Assembly (NCBI GenBank): GCA_000165425.1
Contig: CT868041.1
Span: 62,001 to 126,000 of the forward strand
Reading direction: 5' to 3'
Origin: Paramecium tetraurelia
Taxonomy: Eukaryota
Length of the DNA: 64,000 nt
Positions within the stretch are counted from its first letter, which is position 1; each line of letters begins with the position of its first letter. A model generated the notes under the pieces. It ran no database searches, was not told where the DNA came from, and saw nothing but the letters and a program-made list of their open reading frames with translations. The translations under genes and the position numbers were made by a program. This document shows, piece after piece, positions 53,471-64,000 of this stretch.

Positions 53471-55076
53471 ATGAAACCTGAATAAGAAAATGAATCCACA
53501 GACGAACTTTCTTAGTTGAGGGAAGAAAAGGCAAGGCGTAGATAAAAGAAAGAATATGAATTATAACTAATGGGGAAATGCATTGTATGGCTAATATATG
53601 CATATGTAGCAGGATTAATAATAACCACTATTAATTACATATTGGTATTCTAAAATTTCAGCATATAAAGTTGGAAAAAGAGTTTCAATATGAGGGCATT
53701 ATCGAGGATAACTGTTAAGATTTGAAAATACTCAAAAACATTAATGATTAAATATTCCCACTATTGGATGAATTGACTGTAATAAATTATTCCTTAAGCT
53801 TAAAAGTTCAAAAAGTATTTCAAAATCTTTCGAGTAAATTTGGAGAACGATTGTCCTTTTGGAATTGGTGAATATATTTGCACAAGTAAAAAATGTGTTA
53901 TTTGTACATGCAATTAATCTGAAGTATTCATCATTTAGTAATTTAATTAGATTCCATCAAATTGGTTATCTCCTTAATCTTGGCCTATTAATAACCCAAA
54001 GGACGATTTTGCCTTTTGGGATTCAGAGAGATTTTTATGTAATTTTAAAATAAATCCTTTATAGAACCTTCTGAATGGATATGGCACGTTGAAGATATCG
54101 AAAACGATAAGGGAGTCTACGTAGATCTCAAATTAAATCCAGAAGCATATACAGGATATTAGGGACAACACATATGGGATGTGATTTATAGAGAGAATTG
54201 CTATTAGGGTATTTTATTATAACTCAATTTGAATAATAGGTTCTTTGGATTAAATGTGCAAAGAGAAAAGAGCATTAAATAAGTTAGTTTCCAGGTCTAC
54301 ATGCATCAATTATCAACTTAATTAAGTGAATTTTACGTGGATCTTAAAACGAATAGAACATATCCTAATTATTCTTCGTATTTTAAAAGAGTGGGAAATC
54401 ATCCAGAAAGAATCAAAAATCTTTTCTTTTTATATTCTGTATTTGTTTCGTAGCAATAATTTTGGCTACTCCTGGAATCCAATAATATGATATCAACTCT
54501 TTATCCTTTGAGGATGATTTGAGATCTAAATAATTATTAAATCAAATTTTATCTCTAAGCAACTCATAATGCTCAAGACCTTTCGATGAATAATAATTTT
54601 TTAAATAAATCACATTTGTAATAATTTATATTTACATTTTAGGAGTAAAAGAAGGATTATTAAAGATACATTCACAATATCAGTAGAATAATGGATTGTG
54701 TGGAATGCTAAAAATGTAAGGTATTTGGAAAAATGCAAACTTATGGATTAGGAACTGCCCTCAAGATATTATTTTCAGAATCTCCTAGTGAGTTTTCTGG
54801 TAGATTGAAAAGAAATGAACTAGTTGCATTAATCAATACTTTTTGGAAAGGTATCAAGTTCTGTGAATTCTATTGATCTGATGTATGATAGACGAACTAA
54901 ATACCATTTTAACTTAATTTTGACAATTGGGGATTATTGGGGGTGTGATAATATTGTTTATGAATGTGATGCGCTTTTTGTATAGGGAAATGGATAAGAA
55001 AATATAAAAAATGTTTTTGGGAATGCCTACAGAAGATAATCGTAAGGATGTTGGTTCTAAGAAGAAGCGTGATTGA
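53471..55076 (+). CDS. ERO1: Endoplasmic reticulum oxidoreductin 1 (several apparent single-base insertions)
   Basis: [89 protein letters not shown] (CxxCxxC), [12 protein letters not shown]. Confidence 0.92.
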
Positions 55077-55118
55077 AATGAACCATTTATATATATTGTA
55101 CGATTGTATGTATCAATT

Positions 55119-55577
55119 TCATTGTTATGCTGTTTCTGTTTATTCTTCAGCTCTTCTTGGTCCTCTGTTTCCTCCTCTGCCGAATGGTTTGTTACCTCTT
55201 GGACCCCTTCTTTCAGGGACGTCATCTTCGAACTTTTTGTCAGCCTTCTTGAAAGTAGCTGGGATAACATCTTCGACAATGCCTTATTGTTAGATGATGA
55301 TTTCATACCCAACTTATCTCTTACATATTTAACACCTTCAGCCTTGAGATAATAGTAGTAGTATTGCCATGAGAACACCAAATCAACAAGCTTCTTATCT
55401 CTCAAACTTCTCAAGAGCATCCAAACTTCCAAATTTTTTACTCCTGTTTCAGCATGAAGTGGGAGAGCCATGTCCTTATGAATTCCTATGAAAATGTACC
55501 TTCTTGATAACAATAACACCTTCCAACAACAAATATTCATAGACCTTTCTTCTGTCTTATCTCTTGACTTGAACCAT
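55119..55577 (-). CDS. RPS10: 40S ribosomal protein S10 (eS10)
   Basis: MVQVKRQDRRKVYEYLLLEGVIVIKKD...NLEVWMLLRSLRDKKLVDLVFSWQYYYYYLKAEGVKYVRDKLGI..VIPATFKK; two introns. Confidence 0.95.
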
Positions 55578-56667
55578 GCAAAATAATGGATTTGATTTAT
55601 TTTAAATTTTAAAATAAAAATAAGCAAATACACTATTAATGCATTTTCGATATCTTTTTTCCTTGATCAACTCCAAATAATTTGGAATAAATTCCTATTG
55701 AAGGAGATCTGCATTTGCAAATTCAGTAAATTACTTTCAACTTTGAACTCATTTACAAATTGAGTTCTTTATAATAATTGATTGAGCAACTTAAAATAAT
55801 CAAATAGTATTTAAATATAAACTCAAATAATTTCAATTTTTCATAATTAGAATACAAATAAAGCCCCATTTATTTATAAAGACTATGATTTATTCAATGC
55901 AAAACTGTGCAGAATCATTGAAGCATTAATATATATAAATAATAGTGAAGTAAATATCAATAATTATATTAGTTATGGAAATCTGAATCTACAAACTTGA
56001 ATGGATATCTTTAATAATAAATCTCTCTTTTGATATTTAATTTAAGAACTTCAGAATGTAATCAAATACTGTAAAGAGTATATTAATGGATCTTTAATAT
56101 TTAAGGTTCTAATCAATCTTTAATCTTAATTACTAATTATTTAGTGAATATCTATTTGTTTGAATCAAATAAATTTCTCAATTGCAAAGTTTTCTATTAG
56201 AAGTTACATTCCAAATTTCTTGATTTAAAGAGATAGAGTAAAGAAATCATTTAAATTCAAAATAATTGCATTCTAAAATATAGTATAATTATATAGAGTA
56301 GATAGAATTATTGAAACCTTATTTGATTTTACTGAGTATGGATAGAAACTATGACAAAAATAAGTATAATGTGATTCATATTGTTAGGGTAATTGAATTG
56401 GTGGTATATAAGTAAAGGTGAGAGTTTCGGAAATTGAAAAATTCAAAAATAATTAGGAATTAGAATTGATACTAATAATAATCATTTGAGAGTTACAAAT
56501 GAAAATAAAGGGTTATTAGGAAGAAAGGAGATATTTGTGGTGGGAGTAAGGAGTTTATTTAGAGAGGGAAATGTCGAAAGAATATGAAATGATTGGTCCA
56601 TAAGAATATATACATATTAAGTGATATAATAATAAATTTAATATATTAAGATATCTAACAACCTACA

Positions 56668-58607
56668 ATGGATGATAACAATAATCAAGATGGGTATTAT
56701 GTGAATTAAATTAAGTGAACAAATAATAATATTTGAGGAGAAGATTACTAAGGTGAATGGAGAGGTGGCAATTAAACGTTATCAAAGAGGCAAGTTTTTA
56801 GGGAAGGGAGGATTTGCTAAGTGTTATGAGGCCACCAATTTAGAGAATAAGAAGGTGATGGCTGCAAAAATCATTGCTAAATCATCTCTGACTAGAAACA
56901 GAGCCCGTTAGAAGGTATATATATAAGTAATTGGGTTAGTTGGTGTCAGAAATCAAAATACACAAAAGTTTGTAGAATTCAAATGTTGTCTAATTTGAGC
57001 ATGTCTTTGAGGATCATGAAAATGTGTACATTTTATTGGAACTCTGTTGCAATCAAACACTGAATGAATTAATCAAAAGAAGAAAGAGATTGACTGAAAT
57101 TGAAGTTTAGTGTTATGTTGCATAGATGATAAATGCATTGAAATATCTCCATAACAATAATGTGATTCATCGAGAGTATTTTTTATAATCGAAATTAGTT
57201 TAAAATTGGGTAATTTGTTCTTGAATAAGAACATGGAATTAAAATTGGGAGACTTTGGTTTGGCAACAAAATTGGAGTTCGAAGGCGAGAAAAAGAGAAC
57301 TATTTGTGGAACTCCAAATTATATTGCCCCTGAGGTCTTGGATGGCAAAGTGGGACATTCATTTGAAGTAGATGTATGGTCACTTGGAGTTATAATTTAT
57401 GCAATGTTAATTGGTAAACCACCCTTTGAAACTCCTGATGTCAAATCCACCTACAAAAAAATCAAAATGAATCAATATTCCTTCCCAGATCAAGTCCAAA
57501 TATCAGACAATGCTAAATAACTCATCCAAAAGATCTTGGTTCTCGAACCTAATAAAAGACCTTCATTGGATGAAATCATGGCACATTCCTTCATGAATTC
57601 AGGTGGCACCATTCCCAAGTAAATTACTCACTTAACATCCCTAGAGTTCTACCTCTATCCACCTTGGCATGTCCACCCTCAATTTAATATAACAAATAGT
57701 TTCAACAACCCAGTCGAGCCTCAGAAACTGCCTAGTCTAATCCTAAGATGGCCACTGTGAGACCCAACATATCATCTGAAAGACGTACTTGACTATTCCA
57801 ATTTATTAGAAGATCAATTTGGAGCAACCTCCGGATTAAATACTGGCTACAATGGAGGGTACAATAGTAGTCAAAGACCCTCTTCTTAAAAACCTCAGGA
57901 TTTCAAATCATCTGTCAGCACCAAATCCCTCAACCAATTTTATACTAGTGGCACTATATAAAATCCATAGAGTAGCAAACAAAAAAACGAAATCTTTGTC
58001 AGAAGATGGGTTGATTACAGCAGTAAATATGGACTTGGGTATCTTCTCAGTAATGGTGCTACTGGAGTCTTTTTTAATGATTCAACCAAAATCATCTTAG
58101 ATCACAGAACTCAGGAATTTGAATACTTAGAAAGAAAAGGCACTGATAAATAGGATGCCATCGAAAAATTTTCTATCAATAGTTATCCGAAGGAATTACA
58201 GAAAAAAGTAACTCTCCTCCAACATTTTAAATCTTATTTGGATGCTGACTCTAAAACAATTACTTCCTCTGACACCAATGACTATGATCCATTCCAATCA
58301 GTCTATGTGAAGAAATGGATGAAAACAAGACATGCCATCATGTTCAGACTTTCCAATAAGATAGTTCAAGTATTCTGTTCTTCTCTCTCTTTAGGTAAAC
58401 TTCACTGATAAAACTGAAATCATCTTGTCTTCAGAGAACAAACTAGTCACCTACGTTAATAAGTTAGGAGAAAGGAGTCATTATCCGTTAGCCACGGCCC
58501 TTGATAGTTAAAATCAGGAAATGGCCAAGAGATTAAAATACACAAAAGAGATCCTAACACACATGCTTAATGGAAATACAAATGTTGACATAAAGAATCC
58601 AGAATGA
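56668..58607 (+). CDS. PLK1: Polo-like kinase
   Basis: [33 protein letters not shown]; polo boxes [32 protein letters not shown] and [32 protein letters not shown]. Confidence 0.96.
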
Positions 58608-58671
58608 TCACTATATATTTGAAAGTGAGATGATATAAATCATATAATATTTAAATTAATATATTTCAGAT

Positions 58672-60208
58672 ATGGAAAGTAGAAGCAGTAGTGAAGACAA
58701 GAAGGAGAAGAAGAGAAAGCGAAGCAGATCAGAAAAGAAAGACAAAAAAAAAATAAAAAAGTAAAAAATCTAAGGAAAGAAAGTCTAAGGAGAGAAAAAA
58801 GTCAGAGAAAAAGAAATCAAATAAGAAATCGGAAAAGAAGAAAAAAAAAGACAAAGAGAGAGAAAAAGAAAAAGAAAAGGATAAAGAAAAGGAGAAAGAT
58901 AAGGAAAAAGAGAAAGATAAGGATAATAATAAGGCTGATGCATAAAAATAAGGGGAGGAGGTAGAAACCAAAGAAGTAATCAAAATTTATATTCCACTTT
59001 AGCAAAGAATTGCGAGATTGAAATAGGAAAGAAGAAAAAGATCCAGATCCAATTCTGCTGTCAAACATTATCAAAAGTAAATTTTAGCCAATAATCCTGT
59101 TGCGAAATCAAGTAATCTAAGTGTCTCTTATCTTAATTAGATGCTCTTGGCTATGATAAATAGGATTGCTTTTGGGATGGGTTTACTTGGGTACCTAAAA
59201 CTAATTTGCACGATAAAGTGAGGGAAGATAAAGAAAAAGTAATGTCATTGACTAGTAGAATGAGGAGAATTTAAATCTGCAATATACCGACAGGTTTAAC
59301 TAATCGAGATCTCTATGCTGAATTGAGTAGATTTATGAATAGAAATTACTTAAATGACGTTGGCAATGCTAAGCCGATTCTATATTGTCATTTAAACGAA
59401 AAAGATCGAACATGCACTCTAGAATTATCATCTGTTGAAGAATCGAATAGAATGCTCAAATTAGAAGAAATCAAGTTACTGGATGAGTCATTGTAAAATT
59501 TTACGATTAGGTGACAGTCTCTATGGTATATCATATATACATATTTTATACAGGCTAATCGGTTAATCAATCCTAATTAGTTTAATAAGCTCATAATATG
59601 GCCTAAGCATAAGCAGCCGCATATCTTGCTTTAAAATCCCTAGGCTATGCCAGAGGATAGAGGGAAGAAGATGAAATTCTGGCTTAGGCAGGTATCCCAT
59701 CCAGGATTATAAAGGTTGGAAATTTCTTAAATGTTGCTATGGCAATAAATCTAAATAAAAATGAATGGAATGAAATGCGAGAAGATTTAATTGAAGGCTT
59801 TTCATAATGTGGTCATATAGAAGATGATTTCTTTGTTAAACCTTATTAAGCAGGTCTTGGAGGTAATTGTGTCTCTTAACCACTTTAGCCGAAGCAGGTT
59901 CTCTTTTTCTAGTTTATACAACTATTGAGGATGCTTAACGTACGGTTATATCGATGTATGGTAGAACATATAATTAGAGAGCACTCAAAATTATATTTAT
60001 TAACGAATAAACCTATATTAGAAGTTACATCCCATTAAAATTAAAGTAATAACCTGAAATTGAAGAACCACAGATAAATCAAGAGAATGACAATTATGAT
60101 AATGAACCATTTGAAGATTAAGAAGACTATTTGGATTAGATGGATAATGGAGTATTAGAGAATAATAATAATAAAGATAAAGATAATAAAGATAATAAAG
60201 ATAATTGA
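58672..60208 (+). CDS. U2AF large-subunit (U2AF65)-like splicing factor: K/E/R/S-rich N-terminus, one RRM, C-terminal UHM
   Basis: RRIQICNIPTGLTNRDLYAELSRFMN...PILYCHLNEKDRTCTLELSSVEE (RRM1-like); SRIIKVGNFL...EWNEMREDLIEGFSQCG...GSLFLVYTTIEDAQRTVISMYGRTYNQR (UHM-like). Apparent +1 base near 59491. Confidence 0.7.
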
Positions 60209-60263
60209 TAAAAATTTATATATTTAATATTTTGTGGGGGAACAGATGAATAAAATTATATTG

Positions 60264-63200
60264 TCAATTAAGTTTTCGTTTACTTTTAATTATTGGTTCT
60301 GCAAGTTCATCTACAATCTCTTAATTGTCAGCAATGTCAATAAATCTCAATTTTTTTAATTTTTTATCTTCTCTAGGGATCTCTTCATCTTCTTAAAATA
60401 CATCATTTTATTGTTATTCTATATCAATTTGATCGTCAATTTTCAAATCCAAGTCATTTGCATCCAACTCTTTGCCATCTTGCAAAAAATCTGATTCTGA
60501 ATCAAAATAAACAACATTCTTTTTTCTCTCTCTTTACCCTCGTCCATACTCCTTTACTTCCTATACTTCATTCTATTTTGAAGTAATCCATTCAGGTACT
60601 TCATCATCTTGAATTAATCTATAGTTAAAATATTGATCATCTCTATTTTGATTGAAGTTCTTGTAGATTAATTTCTCCTCCTCATATCGTTATCTATCTA
60701 ATTCATTAAAAGTCTCAAATTCCTCTTCGCTTCTTGCTATCCATTCATTAATTTAAGTGTCATCTGGTATATCTTCAGCCTCAAAAAGATCAACCTTATT
60801 TTTCTATCTAAAGAAATCTTACAATCTTTCTCTTCTTTCCTAATCTGTAGATCTCTGATTATATAAACCAGCCTATATAATAATTGCATCCAAACCCATC
60901 TTATGTTCTGCCTTGCTTAGAATATTACCCTCTATTTAAGTCGCAGTTATCAATCTTAGGACTCTAACTTCGTTTTTTTATCCGATTCTATATGCTCTAT
61001 CTTAGGCCTATAGATCCATCATTGGATTCCAATCACTATCAAACAATACGACAGTGTCAGCTGATTATAAATTTAATCCTAATCCACCTGCCCTGGTACT
61101 CAAAAGAAAGATGTTATATATTGAATTTTCTTAATTGAATAACTTAATTCTAGTTTCCCTATCCTCTGATTTTGTTGATCCATCCAATCGTAAATATCTC
61201 CAACCTCTGTATTCAAAGTATGCCTCCATTATATCCATCAATTATGTCATTTAACTGAAAATCAATAATCTATGTTTAAAGTACAATAATTTAGGAATTA
61301 TCCTATCTAATAATTCAAACTTGCCACTTGATCTCCATATTTCATCTGTAATTCTGTTCATATCCAGATTCAACATGAATAAATAAGGATGATTGCATAT
61401 TTTTCTCAATTACATCATTAAATTTTGTAAAGCTTATGATCCACTTTTTCCAGATTATTAATCAAAAGTCATTACTCCTCTTTAATTGATTTAGTCATAA
61501 ATCTTCTTTTACCAAGCTGATAGTTTTATCTTAATAACATACTCTGTCTTTCGTGGTAACTCTTTCTCCACATCCTTTTTAACTCTTCTCAATAGAAAAG
61601 GTCGAAGTACTTAATGTAATCTGTTGATGATCAACAATTATTCTTCTTCATCCAATTAACAATCCTTCTCATTAACTCCCATCTTACTTAAAGGCATCTA
61701 AAACCACTTCTCAAAATCATCGCATGATGAAAACACTTTTGGTAATAAGAAATTCAACAAAGCCCATAATTCTGCTATATTGTTCTATAAAGGTGTTCCT
61801 GTTAATAGCAATCTCCTCTCACTTTGATATTACTAACCTAAAATCATAGCAAATTTGCTTCTGGAATTTTTCATCCTGTGTCCTTCATCCACTATAATGT
61901 ACTTCCATTCATATTTTGCCAAGGCTAATCTATCTTTTAATACATATTCGTATGTGGTAAGACAAATGTTCCATATCGTTGTTCTCATTTGCTTAGATAT
62001 CTCCTTTCTAACTTAAGGTGAACCTTTATAGATTACTTTCTTAATAGAGGGAGCCCATTTTTCAAACTCATTAGCCCAATTACTTAAAGTTGACAATGGG
62101 ACTATGATAAAGAAAGGACCAAAGTTTTTCTTGGTCTCTATCAAATAACATAACAAAGAGATTGTTTAAATGGTCTTACCCAAACCCATTTCATCTGCTA
62201 GTATGCCGTTTAAACTATTATTGTATAAACTCACTAGCCAATCCAATCCCTAAACTTAATACTGTTTCAACTATCCTCCTTCCAATAACATAGGCTATTT
62301 AGTCACAACTTCTTTAATACGATGAGTAATATTGTAATATACTTTGTTTGCTTAATTGAGTTCATAACCCAAATTATTACTAGCATTGTTGTTATCTACA
62401 ACTTCATCCTCTTCATTTTTCTCTTCCCCTTTCTATATCTTGACCTTGGCTCCTATATCTTTTAAAAATTGATCTGTTTATCTTAAAATAGATACAACTC
62501 TTTCCTTTTTTGCTTCATCAAGTTTTTCCAATTTTTAGATATAAGTCACCATATCACCTTATTTGATGTCCTTCATTCTCATTTACTTATCAATCTGCTA
62601 TTGTTTTTGATCCTTCTACTCCAAAACAACCTTAAATTAAACACTACGCTTTCTAGCATGTTTATATTTCTTTCTATGGAACTCCATAAATTCAATTTGA
62701 TGTGCAAATATTGCTTGCATAAATTCCTTTTATTTGATCTTCTTCCTTCTTGCTTGTTCATGTTTTATCATGCTTAATTCAAATTTGTCAGATAGTTTAT
62801 TTTCTGGCCTTCTTGACGGTTTATCCCTTTTAAAATAATTTCTATCAAGTAACAACCTCTCTAACATTCTAGATTGCAGAACAGTCTGGTTTTCCTCTTG
62901 TAGAAGTGGATTAATAATGGCCTCTTTCATTTTGAGATAAAATTCCTTAGAATTGATAAAGAGCAACTCAATTTTTAAGGTCAAATATTTAGGGTCATTT
63001 TAGTGAGTTTTCTTTAGCTCCTACTCTATGTCCTACTTCCTCTTCTCCACATATCCTTACATTCGATCACTAAATATAGTTGTATCCTTATTATGTATAG
63101 GGAATTATGCTTACATCTTAATTCAGATCCAATTTAAGTTTTGGATAGCGGTCTCTGAATATGGATTTCAGTTCCTCATTTTTATCAATTTTATCATGAA

Positions 63201-63434
63201 AATAGCGAATGGAATTTTAGAATATCTTTTCCCTTTCTACTTCCCACTACTCTTTAGGGTAAGGGAACATTTATTTTTCATTTTCAATCTGGTTATTTCT
63301 AAAGAGTCACTATCAATCTTACCTTTAAACTTGCTTGTAGCAAATCATTTGCTACCTCAACAGGTATACTTATTTTTCATCTTAATTCTAAATAAATATA
63401 AATGAATATTTACATAATCTGCTTCTTATTACAT
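60264..63434 (-). CDS. SNF2: SWI/SNF chromatin-remodelling ATPase (Snf2/BRG1 subfamily), no bromodomain
   Basis: QLQ-like [23 protein letters not shown]-like helix; [60 protein letters not shown]; SnAC-like [18 protein letters not shown]...EVPEWI...YGRGQRERK. Confidence 0.93.
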
Positions 63435-63847
63435 TTTAAATGATTTCTTAATCTAATGCTAAAATTTATATATTTTATGTATAAATGATCATCATTAAAT
63501 ACTAACAAATTTAAATCTCGAGTCCAAAAAAAGTACTTCAAAACTTTTCCCCATTATATTTATATATAGAATCAGTGGTATAGAAGATAAAATTATTTTA
63601 ATTGTCATATTTGCAATTTAAGAGGCATTTTAAATTATATTACTTTAAGACTAATAATTAGAATTGAGAATAGAAAACTGAAATTAATGAAGATATCGAT
63701 GTAATATCACACTTTAATGTAAATTTAAATTAATTTTTTGATATAAATAAAAAAAATAAAATCTAGACCGAATAATTTAATATTCTTCTATTCTTCTCAA
63801 ATATATGAATACAAAATTATATATATGATATATTTATTTTTGATAAA

Positions 63848-64000
63848 TCAAATCTCAATCTTCTTAACTTTCTCACCAAGGTCTGGGACTTCTTATGCTA
63901 TAACTTTGAGTTTGTCTTTATTTTAAAGCAATTCAGCTGTGTTCATTTTATTTGTTTTCTTTTTAATCTTACCTTACTTCTCCTCAATCTGACTTTTCAA
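63848..64000 (-). CDS. 3' end of a coiled-coil protein (truncated by the window)
   Basis: LKSQIEEKQGKIKKKTNKMNTAELLQNKDKLKVIAQEVPDLGEKVKKIEI-TGA. Confidence 0.6.

Noticed and set aside
54240..54850. Programmed +1 frameshifting (Euplotes-style) or pseudogenisation of ERO1
   Set aside because: The extra bases are clustered, have no common slippery motif and leave the catalytic motifs intact; base-call errors are more likely. Needs a read check.
54914..55633. 239-aa ORF in the track as a single protein
   Set aside because: It reads through the RPS10 introns; only the middle exon is in the correct frame.
55630..56660. Hidden gene in the 1.1-kb RPS10-PLK spacer
   Set aside because: Short coding-like minus-strand stretches are broken by TGA; no consistent spliced model could be built.
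1..64000. IESs, transposons, telomeric repeats, tRNA or rRNA genes
   Set aside because: None recognised. Genes are interrupted only by GT-AG introns, consistent with somatic macronuclear sequence.

Overview
AT-rich, gene-dense ciliate macronuclear DNA, most likely Paramecium. Frames stay open only when TAA/TAG are read as Gln, TGA is the only stop, and introns are tiny (about 20-30 nt, GT...AG). The supplied standard-code ORF track is therefore mostly fragments or antisense shadows. Bases 1-36.4 kb hold a head-to-tail minus-strand array of four giant cysteine-repeat surface-protein genes: three complete (about 10.5 kb, signal peptide plus GPI-signal-like tail) and one truncated by the window edge. 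They form a patchwork of near-identical 0.5-2 kb blocks shared between changing partners and separated by highly divergent blocks, which suggests segmental gene conversion. Bases 37-64 kb hold housekeeping genes: a low-complexity putative RNA-binding protein, an EF-hand protein, VIP1/PPIP5K, an ANTH-like protein, the Pol alpha B subunit, coiled-coil proteins, ERO1, RPS10, a Polo kinase, a U2AF65-like protein and a SNF2/BRG1 ATPase. The standout is 50258-52242 (-): a class I cyclic-nucleotide phosphodiesterase fused behind a four-helix S1-S4 voltage-sensor-like domain with no pore, a candidate voltage-sensing PDE. All calls come from manual translation; no database search was run.
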